NCBI GenBank assembly: GCA_013265495.1
Contig: MU059972.1
Coordinates: 1,369,525-1,433,524 of the forward strand
DNA: 64,000 bases
DNA from: Vicugna vicugna
Lineage: Eukaryota
Direction: 5' to 3'
The first letter of the stretch is position 1, and each line of letters begins with the position of its first letter. The position numbers and the translations under genes are program-made. The notes under the pieces were generated by a model that saw only the letters and a list, made by a program, of their open reading frames with translations, had not been told where the DNA came from and searched no databases. Shown piece after piece: positions 12,112-24,770 of this stretch.

Positions 12112-13414
12112 CCAGCACCGATCTCGTCAGAAAAAGCCTGAAGCATCAGGAAGCTGCCAGGCCCAGGGGGCAGATACCAGCTTCCTGAACTTCCAGTTTC
12201 ATTTGGAAGTTCAAATTCAACCACTGGCAGTAGTGTTAGCTGACTTCCATGAAGTGACAGGCTAACTTTGTCCACTGAGGAAGAAATACTGGTACTTCGT
12301 CAGTCACTCCTTTATGGTGGTCCATGAAAAAGCAGCTAGCTAGCAACTCAAGTAACTGCAGAGCGGTCCGTCCTCGAGGCAAACTGCCAGCTCCAAAACA
12401 GCACAAGTGGTCTCCACATACCTCCTGTTTTGTCACACAGAGTACACGCTGCCCACCAGCCGCCGCCCCTCCACAAGCCAAACCCCTGCAGCATATCTGG
12501 AAGCCTCCCCATGCCCCCCGGAACACTATCTCCTCCCACACCCTTCAGAGCGCCACAAAACTCTGGTTTCCAAACTCATCACACTGGCCACTTCCCCGGG
12601 GCCAGACAGGAGCCAGCTTTCCCTTCCACGATGCCTCTCGCGCAGCCCCTCGGGTCTTCCTCCCCTACCCAGGGCCGTGCTCTCCTTTGAAAGCTCTGTC
12701 TTCACCCCTGGCCCCACCAGAGCTGGGCTCCTCCACGCAGCGCCCGGGTAGGCAGCGTCCACGGAAGCACATTTCCCAGGGGCGCAGGGCCGGCACGCAC
12801 TCCCATTAGAGGGAGTGACACCCATGCCCCCAAGTCTCCATCTGCTGCCTGAACCCCTCACCCATGCTTTCTCTGGTCCAGTATTTCCCACACTATGGCC
12901 ACCTGACAGTGAAGCCCATTCCCACTCCAGAAGCCTCTGCTCGAGTCCCTGCTGCCTTTCTTCCCAAGATCGCTCAAGGAGCTCCCACCAAGCCCCAGCC
13001 CCTCTGAGAAAGACCCTGCAACTCTCCTCTTAGCTCTCCGCTGCTACCCCAGCATCCAGCCCTCACCAGACCAAGGGGGTCCCGCCTGCCTGCTGATTCC
13101 AACCAGCTTCCCCCCTACTCCTCCTTCCTCCCTCCCCCTGCTCCGGGGCTGTGTGTCATCCACAGCCCTGCCCCCAGCCCCCGACAGCAGGCGTCATCTC
13201 TCTGTGACACACTCTAAGGTGGAGTTCACCCATCTGTCCCCCACACATGGGGAGGCGGGAGGCCAATCTCCTTTCATCCACGCTGCGGGTAAGTTCCAGA
13301 CTGATCCTTCCAGAAGGATCACCCACGGCATCACATTTTGACTCTACCCAGTTCAGCTCCACCCTGCTGCCCATGTGTTACCTCATTTTATTCACTTACT
13401 CCACAAATGCCTTC

Positions 13415-13610
13415 TAGGCCAAGGGTCATGGGCCAAATCCGGCCCCCTACCTGCACAGCCTGGGAACCAGATCGAAAGAGGAACAATTTGTCCTGATTTG
13501 AAATTACACGAAACTCAAATTTCAGTGTTCACAAATAAAGTTTTATTGAAACACAGCCACAGCCAGCTGTCTGCACATTGGCTGGGGCTGCTCTGGGGCT
13601 GCACTCTAGT
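13415..13610. mobile_element. MER58 (hAT-Charlie) fragment
   Basis: GGGCCAAATCCGGCCC...AAATAAAGTTTTATTGAAACACAGCCAC matches the MER58 consensus. Confidence 0.75.
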
Positions 13611-14644
13611 GTAAGAACCCTCACCCTGTGCATGGAATCATCACCACAGCAAGCGCCCTGCTGGGCACACGAGAGCCGCCCACAACACTGGCCAAGCCCA
13701 CAAAGGAGCGACCTTGAGGTTCACACGCTCCGCAAGCACAGACACTCCTGAACCAGGGCTTCGAGTCACCCAGCCACAGGGATAGTGGAGATGTTGGTTC
13801 AAATCATTTTTTCACTTCAAAAAAAAAGTCAAATAAAAATTAAACATTTGGAGACTCAGGGGATGCTCTCTTCTACACTCTCACTTCTCTTGTTCCTCTA
13901 TTTTTTACAGGTAAAATGGAAAACATTCAGAGACGTGAAGATGAATTAGATGACAGAGGTAAATTTTTTTCACCGCTACAGAAAAAAGCTGTGTTTCAAA
14001 GAGGCATGATACAACATACTCAGATACTGAATTAAAGGTAAAATTTAAAATTTTTAAAGTCATTTTCCCACTGACATATGTTCATGTAAGAAATGCTGGC
14101 CCTAGGATTATGAGAATTCAAACTCAACACTACAAATTGTCTAAAACTATCTACTAGAATTTAAAATTCTCAATAAAATATCACGGAACGACAAATAATC
14201 TGCCAAAATTACAACACCACAGAGTAACAGAATCTACCACAATTTACAGTAAAAAGTGCAGGAGAAAAGTCACTCCCCTGTGAGAACAAGAGGCTGCCTT
14301 CAACCTACTGGGATCAGCGGTGACGGCGCGTCGGCCCCGCGGAGCTCGGCCCGGAGGAGCCCTCACGAGGACACACAGTTACCACGGGCTTTTGCGTTTA
14401 GAACAAGTGTACACTTTACAACGGTGGCCAAGTGTTAATTAGCAAGTTGTACTATTTAAAACACCTCTAAGCTCCTGGCCAGTTTGAAAATTCAAAGATT
14501 CTGTGATGCAAGTTTATCACAGACAAAATTCTGACTACGTGCAAATGTCTATGGTTAAGTCAGCACCACATACATCAACCAGCAGGAAAACACACAGGAG
14601 CTGGCGGGTGAAGCTGATGGTAAGAATGGTGATTACAGGAGCCG

Positions 14645-14750
14645 CAGTTCACTGCATCCTAAACACGGTATCAAGCATCATCACACTTAATCTCCACAAG
14701 CCTGGATGTAGGTGTGTCCCCATTTCACAGAGATGGGCCCAGCCCTGAAC
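14645..14750 (-). mobile_element. MIR fragment
   Basis: Core CCCCATTTCACAGAGATGGG preceded by TTAATCTCCACAAGCCT. Confidence 0.55.
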
Positions 14751-16246
14751 ACCTCCCTGATCTGAAACGTGCATCACGGATATTTATTACGGGAACTGAG
14801 ACGGAGGGAGAGCAGGGAAGAGCTGGGGTGGGGCGGGGAGCAGGGCCCCTCCCACAGTAACTCACTGTGTCAGGTCTAACTAACCCCACTGTCGCCAGCA
14901 CCACGTGCTCCCTTCTGCCTGGAGAGCAGGCGCGCACACCTCCACCCTTCAGCTCCCCACCCCCGAAACTGAAACCCTTCCATCATTCATCTGCCCCTCC
15001 CGTCTTTCCCCGCATCCTGCAAAGCTCAGGGAGGAGGGTGGTCAGCTGTCCAGGGGTAAGGATGCCAGTGTCCTAATCTTCTTCCACCTCAAAATTTCAC
15101 GGAAAGCAGACACAACTAGCATGTGTCAAAATGTTCAGGGAAACTGTCATCCACGCTGGGCAACTTAGAAGATGAACTCCCAACCTGAGCAGTCATTAAA
15201 CAAGTAACGAGGACAGGCGGCAGGTGCAGGGACCACAGCAGAGCTTTCTGACCCTCACAACTGATGTCAGGCTAGCACGGCCCCCCGAGGCAGGGCCGAT
15301 AACCAGGGAGAAGCAAGGAATGTGACCTAGAGCAGAAGAGACAAAAGCGCAAGGAGCCCGCCAAGGTCGAGCTGCAGATGCTGGCTGACCCACACACGTG
15401 TGGCCTCTGCATGACTCCATGGTGGCAAACACAGCCCATACCATCATCCCGGGGACCAAGGAGCCACGCTCACCGTCCTGGTACTAGACACAGTGTTTTG
15501 GCACCGGTTTTCTCAAGATCATAATTCTCAGCACGTAATCAAAACTTAGTCGTGGAAAGCAACACCCAAGAGGTTAGAAACTGCACTTGAAACCCCAGAA
15601 CCACTGGGTCAAACTTAAGACTGACGAAGGTGCAGGCAAACGAATGCCCATGTGCAGCATCTAGAAACGGTACTTCAGCCTTTTAGAGGCCGCAGGAATT
15701 GTCAAATGCCTTAATCAAACCAGAATGCCTTCCTCCTACTGCTCAAGCACCCGGAAGCCTGTGTGAAATGTGACGAGGACTCTGAGTCTGGCTGCAAATG
15801 GGCCAAGCCGTGCAGGAGGCCCATGCACTAAGGACGCTGTGCCAAGGGCGTCACAGAGGCTCAGTGAACCCCACACACCAAGCCGGGAGGCAGGGCTGTG
15901 GCTGCCCTTTTCTTGGAGGAAACCCTGAACAGTCTGCCCCAAAGCCAACCAGCCAGGACACGGCAGCTGGGGCCTCAGGCCCAGCTCCCTCCTCACCCCT
16001 GGCCACACAATCGAGTCCCGAGAAGCCTGGTCTGGAGGGGATCTGTTCCATTTCCAAACGAAACTTATTTTTAAGACTCAAGAAAATCTACATGCTACAC
16101 TAACAAAAATTTATTTTGACTAAAGAAACAGGACTTACAGATTAACTTATATGCCTTTCAGAAATGGGGTTTTTTTTTCACCTTAGTCCAATACCAACTT
16201 TCCGGTTAGACCAATTTAAATGCAGTAACTGCAAAAATTTAGACTG

Positions 16247-16453
16247 AAGTCGATTCTGGAACAACACAGGTTTGAACTGCACGGGTCCACTTCCATGCAG
16301 AGTTCCTCCAACAGTAACCACCACAGTACTGCACGACCTGCGGGTGGCTGGCTCCGAGGACGCCAGACACAGAGGGCCAACTACAAGTGAGACTCAGATT
16401 CTTGACGTGGAGGGCCGGCACCCCTGACCCCCACGCTGTCCAAGGGCCAACTG
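16247..16453. mobile_element. Tigger1-derived MITE (TcMar-Tigger, Tigger1a-like)
   Basis: Degenerate TIRs match CAGTTGACCCTTGAACAAC at both ends, with the internal GGTTTGAACTGCACGGGTCCACT. Confidence 0.8.
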
Positions 16454-16939
16454 AACTTTGATAAAAAAAAAACGGGTCCAGCACTGAACAGCAAAAGCCC
16501 CTAGAAAACAACCCTTACCCCGCCCAATAGGATGATGTACACTGGAGAGTGACCTCAGATGATGTGACTTTTCCTAAATCTAGCAAATGACACCACGCAA
16601 GGTCATATTCATCGCTGACCCACGATTCTAGCACGTTACACTCTCACTGCATTTACACGTGCAATCGGTGATCTGGGGAGACGTTAAAAACCACCAGGAG
16701 CCCTGCCTCCTAACCTTACCAAAACAGTCCTTCCCATTCCTCTCCCAAACAGAACAGCAGAAGGACAAGGTTATTCAGAGTGATTTTTGTCAACAATAGA
16801 TTTGCAGACTTTTGATGTTACTAAACTTGTAGTTCGTAAGGCATATGGTGCCTAATTTATGATAATGTGGGTAAGGGCAAATATTCTTGGGGAAAAATAT
16901 ATCCAAAACTCATAAATGAGTCTATTTTTCTTTTGCTAA

Positions 16940-17265
16940 AAAAGAACGTTACTGGGATAATTAGCATAGTCTGAATCAGATCTGTTGCTTACATAACAGA
17001 GCTGCATCAATGATAAATTCCTAATTTTGAAAACTGTACTGTGGTTATATAAGAGAATATTTTTATTTGTAGGAAACAGCCACCTGAGTAAGGATAAAGG
17101 GACATCATATCTTAAATTGTTCAGGAAAAAAATAGAAAAAAATATATATACACACACAGAGAGTTGCAGAGAAAATAAAAAATAAAGCAAATAAAATATT
17201 AGCGTCTGAGATCCTGGGAGAAGACTCCACCCTAATTCTTTATACTAGTCTTGCAACTTCTACAC
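16940..17265 (+). mobile_element. L1MC-type 3' end fragment
   Basis: AAATTCCTAATTTTGAAAACTGTACTGTGGTTATATAAGAGAATATTTTTATTTGTAGGAAA...TTTATACTAGTCTTGCAACTTCT. Confidence 0.65.
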
Positions 17266-17569
17266 CCGAAAAATACCCAAACCCAATTCCTATAAGGAGA
17301 CGCTGAGGCTTTTCTTCCAAAGAACAGCAGTGAGGATGGCCAGACGCACCCTCATCTGAAGGTGATTTGCTGATGCCAACTGAACTTCTGCAGAGCTGCC
17401 TCTGACATTTCCTTTCCATGTAGATTTTCCCAAAATAAACCGTGCAGATCGCCCAAGACGCTGGAAGTCAGCAGTGAGGAGCACAGCCGGGGCGGCTGAA
17501 GCCCTCTGTGACTCCAGCGCAGTTACCAACCTCCCCGTCTCCACTTCCTGCCCCAACTGTGTTAAACTC

Positions 17570-17760
17570 GTAGTCTGGAGTCATAGCCTCTGGCGTGGGG
17601 GCAAATCCAGCCATCAGGGATAAGTGTTACTGGAAGACAGCCACGCCCATTCTGGTGTCCACCCTCCAAGGGCAGAGCTGACTGGCCAGGACAGACCCCA
17701 AAGCCAGAAACGTTTGCTCCTCTAGGCCTTTACAGGAAGTCTGTTGACTCCTGCCCTAGA
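17570..17760. mobile_element. MER58A-like fragment
   Basis: GGCAAATCCAGCC...ACAGCCACGCCCA...CAAAGCCAGAAACGTTTGCT...GGCCTTTACAGGAAGTCTGTTGACTCCTG. Confidence 0.65.
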
Positions 17761-20439
17761 GCCAAGCGTTTAACATCAGTGGCATCTCTAAACTCTTGAA
17801 ACTGCCTGGGACTGTGGGATAAAGAAATCAGGTACGTTCATTGAAGAGCAGTAACCTTGGCCTCCTGAGAAGTGTGCGCTCTGCTCCATCTCTGTCCTCC
17901 GCTGGAAGGAGCGATTTCTGATTCAGATCACAGTGAATCTGCAGAAATCCCAGAAAGGCGAGGCAGGCTTACCCAGCTCTTGAATGATCCCAGAAGAACT
18001 CATGAAGCAAGTGGAACTGAATGTTTTTATTAACACCCACGCAGGGAGGGGACCCCAACCAATATTCACTTGCTTTCATCTCACTGCACCCCCTTCAGCT
18101 TCCTTTCTCCCCAACATAGAATGACTGCATGTTATACAAATCTGAACTGTGCAAATGTAAATCATACAAACTTAAAAATGACATAATAAATATTAAACCC
18201 CTCACTTTGCAAAAAATGTGAAATTAGTTGAATCCCACAAATCTTAAAAATCCATAAAGTGTTTGATTTCAGAACCAGAGGGCCAATTACTTGCAAACTG
18301 TGTTCGCCTACTGACAGCTGCAGCCAACTCTTGGCCGGCAAACAGGATCCTCAGTCTCCTTTGTCAGGTTCAGTCTAAAAACGCGGAGGGCGTGAATTAC
18401 TCGGCACCTTCAGGGAAGTTCCCAGCATAAAAGGCGGCTTAACGCAGCACTTCCTCCCAAGACTCAGCCCTGGCTCCACCCACGAGAGTTCACAGGAGGA
18501 CAGCATGGCAGCAAACAGATCCTGTCCTGCCATCCACCTGCCAGCAGGACTGCAGGGCTGCACTTGGCGGTGACAGCTGGAACTGTGGTCTGAGCCCTCC
18601 CTGCTCTGCCTCCTAAGACTAAGGTGCCCGGGATGCTTGCCACGTTCAAGGGACGCGTACTTCAACACCAACAAGGAAATGCCAGCAGCACGTGTACCGA
18701 GTTTTCACTGCCAGCTTTGTCCACACCCACTGCTTGTTTACAAAGGTTATTTGATGATTTTCCACCCTGAAGAAAAAGGAAAAGTCACTAGAGACCAGAA
18801 GCAGCACTCTTTGAAGCACAGGATGTAAATCTTTATTATGAGACGTCTGTCAGTACAGGCCCTGCCCGAAGTCGCCAAGCCCCGCTCCCACCAGTCCCAG
18901 GTTCCCTGGCAACGCTCCTCCGGCCCCGTCCGCTGGCCAGGCATCCATCCCCACCCGGGCCCTTCCTGCCAACTCACTTTCACTTCAGTGCCCCACCTAC
19001 TCTCAGCTACTCTAAACGCCAACACGTATGACTACGGACAAGGAAACGAAGTCAGTTCCAACAGAAAGCCATTCCGCTCATCTGCCTTTGCAGCGATGGC
19101 ATTAAAACCTATTCCCACCCCCCACCTACTCTGGCCTCTTCAGGTGGATTTTATTCTTCCACACTTGGGCGCCATAAGCCATCCGACCTCACAGGCGACT
19201 TGTCTGGGGCAGCAGTCGCCACCAGCATCACCACCCCACCCCACTGCCAGGCATGAGGGGCCTTCCAGAGACAAAGCAAATCTTACTGGCCACCCACCAC
19301 GGAGGCACATGGTCCAAAGCAATCAAACTGGACAGTTCTTGACTACAGATGGATGCGAAAGGTGCAGAGAAGTTCATCCAAAATAGGAATCCATTTCCTA
19401 TGACTTCACAATACTTTGAGTATACTGTCCGCTAGTGGCCTGAGAAGTTCGTGCCTCCATCACATTTCAATTCAGAAACATCCAGCGGTTTCAAGCAACA
19501 GGAGGCTGCTGGTGGTCACCCAAGCTCAGCTTCCTCTCCTGCTCACTCGGGACCATGACGTCTAGCGCTCCTCCTGCTCCCTGCCTCTAGCACCGAGGAC
19601 AGCCACCCTCTCCTCCCAGGAGGCGGGCCGGGCACAGCCCAGGCGGTGGACAGAGCCAAAGGCGAGACAGAGGGCATAAGAGGAGATAATTTGCTAAAGC
19701 TCTCATTTTTAACTGGTTTCACAACCTACACAAACCCCAAGGGCTAAGTGTGTCTAAAGCTACCCTGACAATGATGCTAGGGTTCTACTCTTCTGTGCGA
19801 GTCAAGTGGGCTCCAGGTACTGGCCCCTCCTCTACACTCCCTCTCAAATTCCCTAAAACTCCTCCTCCCCCCCACCCTGCCAAAAATGACCATTTCAGAA
19901 TGACCTAGAGCATGTCCAGTGAACAGATCATTATGTGACTTTGTGTTTATGATGGTGATACACGTGGAGTCAGAGAATGGTCTTTCTTTACCTCTGATCA
20001 AGGGAGGGCTTTTTACAGCTTCTTCTGAGACATTCCACTGAAAACCTCCATACATGTTCTCCCCCGGAAGTCTTTTCTTCAAAATGAGAAAACACTTATT
20101 TTCACCAGATTGAAACAGCTAAAGTGAGAGTCTGGCCTCGTCATGTAACAAATTTCATTTTACAGATCAAGTTTTCAGATTGTATAGGGCAGATGAAGGT
20201 TATAAGGAAAACCTAAGGCTGGTGACCTGCAACAGGTGTTATCAATGAGCCTTTTACAAACTCACCTATACCTGGGCCTGTAGCACCGTTTCCCAGCCCA
20301 GGAAACAGGACTGGTGGTTCTTTCTCTCTTATCTCCTTGGAGACCATCACGCAGAGGAAGTATTTCTTCAGCAAAGTGCATAAGCTACACCTGGCAGTCT
20401 TTCAAAATGCAAATTCTCTTTCATTGACTTTCAACGCCT

Positions 20440-20900
20440 GAGACACCTCCAAGGCGCACCAGTCAAGATTTTGGCAAATGTACCTCAATTTGGGTTTCCT
20501 CGTCAATTAACCTTGGATGTGCCCTTCGGGGTACGTGACGGCATCATGTCTTTGTACCAGTGATGTTAAGATGGCATCTGCCAGGCTTTTCCACTGTGAA
20601 GTTACTACTTTTCCTCTGTAATTCACAAACTTTGGGAGAGACACTTCGGGGCTGTGCAAATATCACAGACTGGGGGAGACTTCAGGAGACAACTAAATGC
20701 AGAGTGAGATCCTGAATTAGATCCTGGAACAGGGAAAGGACATGAGTGGAAACTGATGAAGGTCCACAGGTCTGAGGTTAGTCAAAAGAACTGTGGCACT
20801 GACCATGTGCGACACCAGCATTAAGGCAAGTGGGTGAAGGGAACAGGGAAGCTCTCTGGACTATTTTTACAACGTTTCCTTAAGCCTACAGCTACTTCTT
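20440..20900. mobile_element. Two L1MC/L1MD 3' fragments in opposite orientations
   Basis: An antisense piece (CTGCCAGGCTTTTCCACTGTGAAGTTACT) at about 20440-20650 and a sense piece (ACAACTAAATGCAGAGTGAGATCCTGAATTAGATCCTGGAACAG) at about 20690-20900. Confidence 0.6.
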
Positions 20901-21989
20901 TTGAAAGAAAAGTTTGAAAAGTTTGCAAAGCTGCAGATTCTGACTCCACACTCGGGGGGGGCCCAAGTCTGCATTTCTCTCAGGAGCCCAGAGACGGTGG
21001 GACCATGGACCGCTTCGCTAGCAAGGCCCAGCAAACACAGCTCATGCATCTCACTGCTCCTAACTTTCAAAGGACAAATGACCAAAGAGCATCAAGACTA
21101 CACTCTGAGCACAGTGATCACTGCTCACCCAGGGCAGTCCTTCAACTCCGGCCCTCTGGCACAGTGAGGAGCCCACTGAAGAGCCTGAGCCACGATCTCT
21201 GCTATAACACTGCCTGTGCCTGGCCTTCCTCAGCTGAGCCTGGCACCCCTCCAAGGCTGCGGAGCCAAGAGAACCTGCAGCAGGAACACACACCATCCAC
21301 CCACACTGCAAGGCGGAGGCGGCCATGGGGACAGTGATCTGGCCACCCGTCCCACTGACGGCGGGCATCCACCGAGGCCACTGGGAGGCAGGAGAGCAGA
21401 GGCATGAGAACAGGTTCTAGAATACCTGCCCACAGTGAGCAGTTGGCCACACAGGTGGTCCCTGCTCATCCCAGTAAAATGACTTTGAATATCGAATATT
21501 AAACCCACAAGAAAGATTATGTGACAGCAGACAAGAGACTGTGCCATGTCTGGCAGACCAAGAAGGTTTAATGAGGGCAAAGTAAGCAGCAAAAGGGAGC
21601 ACGCGGGAGCGGGCACAACCAAAGGAGGGCTCCAAGCCCGCGGAGGGCTGAGGCCCCAAACCCAGGCTGCTCAGCAGAGGGCCAGGGCCGCGCCTGCACA
21701 AGCAAGCCTGGTGCCGGCACAGCAGAGCTGCACAGGGACCCTCCCTAGACCAAGGCGAGCAGCCTCCCATCAGAGGGGTCTTCCTTAAGCTGAAAGGACC
21801 AGATAAAATCTCTCCGCCATCTAGCGTTTGGCACAATAAAAAACCATTCGAAGGGAAACCTGTACATTTTCAAAATCAGCCCCAAAGACTCAGAGTTCTC
21901 TGCCTGCTCCCTCTTACCTTACACAACAGTAACCGCTGGTATTTGAAGAGGACTTGCCATACAAAGCAAGATGCCAATCTTTAAAAAAA

Positions 21990-22760
21990 ACGACACTAGA
22001 GAAAACGAAATGAGAGAACAAAAGAGAACTGAACCCTTGTCAGTATCCTCAGAGTCAAGGAGATAATGCATTCATAAAACAATAAGCTACTATGAAAAAG
22101 GAACAGAACGAATAAGCTCTTGGAAATTAAAATTTTGATTGCGGAAATAAAAAATTTAAAATAGAATTGGGAGCTAAAGTCCTCTCCCAGAAATAAGAAT
22201 AAAACGACACAAGAAAAGGATGAAGACAAGAGATTCAGGGATTAGTCCAAGACGTCCACTATCAATCTAACAGGAACTCCCAAAAAGAAACCTGAAAGCA
22301 GAGCAGATCCAGCTCTCAAATGATACAGGAGAATTCCACATCCCAGAGCTGAAGGACAAGTCACCGGAGTAAGAGAGTGTTCAGAATGGGGCTCCACATT
22401 TTTCTGGCACCCTGAAAACGTCTTAACACCAAAGAGGATCCTCAAGAGTTACCCAAAAGGAGTAAGTCTACTTGGCAAAAGGTTCTCACTGAAATGAGGA
22501 AAGTCAAGGTTAAAAATTAAAACGTGAGTCCTGAACAAGGTCAGATGTACAATACAAGAAAGTATCAGGATGATACTTGTGCTGGTCCGAGCAGTCAATC
22601 AAGTTAGAAAAAGAGGGCAGAGGGCTGGGGAGGGGGAAGGCTGGAAAGATTCCACACCACCTTTGAGAATTTAAAACCCAGAGCCAATGGGAACAGAAAG
22701 AACAAAAAAAAAAGCCCATTACAAACAATAGCGGGGAAAAAAAGCTGTGTTAAGAGGACA
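21990..22760 (+). mobile_element. Ancient L1 ORF1 / HAL1-like relic
   Basis: A-rich tract with a degenerate ORF1-like AACATCAATCTAACAGGAACTCC-type motif and many stops. Confidence 0.45.
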
Positions 22761-23675
22761 AATGTAGTAGCTGGCTGTGAAGTAATGTCTGATTAGTTAT
22801 AATATAAACAATCGGAGCCAACTAGACTAATCGAGGGATAGAAGAGGTGGGCTATGATGTGGAAAGCTACGTCATCCTATGGTAACAGCAAGTCACGAAT
22901 GTACCAAATAAAGCACCAGCGTATTGTTGAGCGCTACGGAGAACTTCCTTTTAAAAACACGACGAACACCAAGGTCTTTGAGGAGAGCAAGTGAAAGATG
23001 GGAGGGAGACTGCTGCTTCTCTCTGGAAGTTTTTCAGTGACATTTTATTGTGGACATTCCTTTATTAAAACATTAAACACACGTGCAACTTTTTTTAAGA
23101 ATGGCCTTTAGACAGAGTTCAGATCTGGCTCCGCGGGTCTGTCACCTGGTCTGTAAGCCGGGACGGCCTCTACCTGGCCGGATCGCCGTGCCAGCCACCC
23201 CCGCCAGCACATGACCCATAAATGGCAGCCGTTTTCTAAAACTTAGAGCCGCGGTGACAGAATCCCGGAACAGGGACTTGGTTTAATGGCAAGACAAAGG
23301 GGAAACGGAGCCGAATACGCAGTTACTCCCACAGGCGGTTTCCACGTTCTCTCTCCCCTCGGGGAGACGGAGCCCGGGCCGTGCCAGAAGCCGAACGAGA
23401 ACCGGCCCGTCCGCTCCCGCGTCACCCAGGACCACGGCCTGACGCGCGCCCACTCTGCCTCCGCACTTCCGGCCGCATCCACCGAGCGCAGGCCCGGCTC
23501 CTGCGCCGGGCGCCAGCGTCCGAGCGCCAGCAGCCTCGGGGGCCTGCCGGGGCGCCGCCAGCTCGGCGCCGCTGGCGCGGCGGGGCCCGCACGGCGGAGG
23601 CCAGGGCGCGCGACCCCAGCCCCTCACGGCGGCCGGAGCCCGGGCTCGGAGGCTGCCCAGCCCCCGCCTCCCCGC

Positions 23676-23778
23676 NNNNNNNNNNNNNNNNNNNNNNNNN
23701 NNNNNNNNNNNNNNNNNNNNNNNNNNNNNNNNNNNNNNNNNNNNNNNNNNNNNNNNNNNNNNNNNNNNNNNNNNNNNN
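23676..23778. other. Assembly gap (103 N)
   Basis: Run of N inside the GC-richest part of the CpG island. Confidence 1.
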
Positions 23779-23862
23779 AGGGCTGTGGGCCGGGGCGCCC
23801 CGGCGGCGGGCCGTTGGCGGCCGGTGTCCCCCGCCTCCGGGGGCGGGGGCGAGGGCGGCGGC

Positions 23863-24089
23863 NNNNNNNNNNNNNNNNNNNNNNNNNNNNNNNNNNNNNN
23901 NNNNNNNNNNNNNNNNNNNNNNNNNNNNNNNNNNNNNNNNNNNNNNNNNNNNNNNNNNNNNNNNNNNNNNNNNNNNNNNNNNNNNNNNNNNNNNNNNNNN
24001 NNNNNNNNNNNNNNNNNNNNNNNNNNNNNNNNNNNNNNNNNNNNNNNNNNNNNNNNNNNNNNNNNNNNNNNNNNNNNNNNNNNNNNNNN
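23863..24089. other. Assembly gap (227 N)
   Basis: Run of N inside the CpG island. Confidence 1.
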
Positions 24090-24105
24090 GCCCTCCGCCC
24101 TGCAC

Positions 24106-24190
24106 CGTCTGCGCAGGCTCCCTGGGCGCGGGGGCGGGGCCTGCTGCTTGAGGCCTCCCGCGCGCGCTTTCGCCGGCGCTGACGAGCGCC
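24106..24190 (-). other. BANP: Candidate BANP non-coding exon 1
   Basis: A weak minus-strand donor ACG|GTGCAG at 24105 lies about 85 nt downstream of the NRF1-like motif. The adjacent N gaps could hide the real donor. Confidence 0.3.
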
Positions 24191-24360
24191 GGGCATGCGC
24201 ACGAGTCGTGCTTCCGCGCCACAGTTTAGGCCCCTGGGCCTCTTAGTTCCCCGTCGTGCGCTAGGGCCTCTCGCTAGCCCCTGAGAAGTCGCGTCGGTGG
24301 ACCATTAGAGGAATTTGCATTTTCTCTGAGGCTGAATGAATAGGAATTAGCTCCCCCGCC

Positions 24361-24510
24361 GACTACATATCCCGGAGGGCCCTGCGCGAACCACGAGCGG
24401 TGCATTCTGGGACTCGTGGTCCCTGCGCCAAGCCTGCTGGGACTTGTAGTCCCTTCGCACTCGGGTCGCCCGGCCCGCGCCCGCGCTTGGGTTGCTGGGA
24501 CTTGTAGTTC
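24361..24510. promoter_or_regulatory. Cluster of four ACTACA-TCCCAG (ZNF143 SBS / THAP11-HCFC1) motifs
   Basis: GACTACATATCCCGGAGGGCCCTGCGCG (+, 24361-24388); GGGACCACGAGTCCCAGAATGCA (-, 24401-24423); GGGACTACAAGTCCCAGCA (-, 24435-24453); GAACTACAAGTCCCAGCA (-, 24493-24510). Confidence 0.8.
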
Positions 24511-24620
24511 AGTTTCCCGGGTCCGCTGCGCCCGACGGCTCCGGCTGCGGCGGGGTTCCCACGAGTAATGGGCTGCGCAGGGGTCTCCACGGTGCGTCAC
24601 TCCTCGAGTGCGCGCGCGTG

Positions 24621-24770
24621 GAAAAATATATTAATTGTACGTGATATATATTTTGTATGTAATTGATGTAATGTTATATGTCACGTATGATAGTACATAT
24701 GCAAATATAGGCTATTGTGAATATAACCGTAGTATGCATCTGATACGCTGTATTTATATGGCATAAAAGC
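24621..24770. repeat. AT-rich, TA-dinucleotide low-complexity tract abutting the CpG island
   Basis: AAAAATATATTAATTGTACGTGATATATATTTTGTATGTAATTG...; a sharp compositional switch at 24620/24621. Confidence 0.8.

Larger units (their letters stand above)
23100..24620. promoter_or_regulatory. BANP: CpG island / BANP promoter and first non-coding exon region
   Basis: Very high GC and CpG density, GC boxes (GGGGCGGGG at about 24131), an NRF1-like GGGCATGCGCA at about 24191-24201 and ZNF143-type motifs. It lies about 22 kb 5' of BANP exon 2 and ends abruptly at an AT-rich tract at 24621. Confidence 0.88.

Noticed and set aside
23286-24246. Long ORFs on both strands across the CpG island
   Set aside because: They read through N gaps and reflect stop-codon scarcity in GC-rich sequence.
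24664-24672. TGATGTAAT, an ATF4/C-EBP composite (CARE)-like site
   Set aside because: It lies in AT-rich low-complexity sequence where a chance match is likely.
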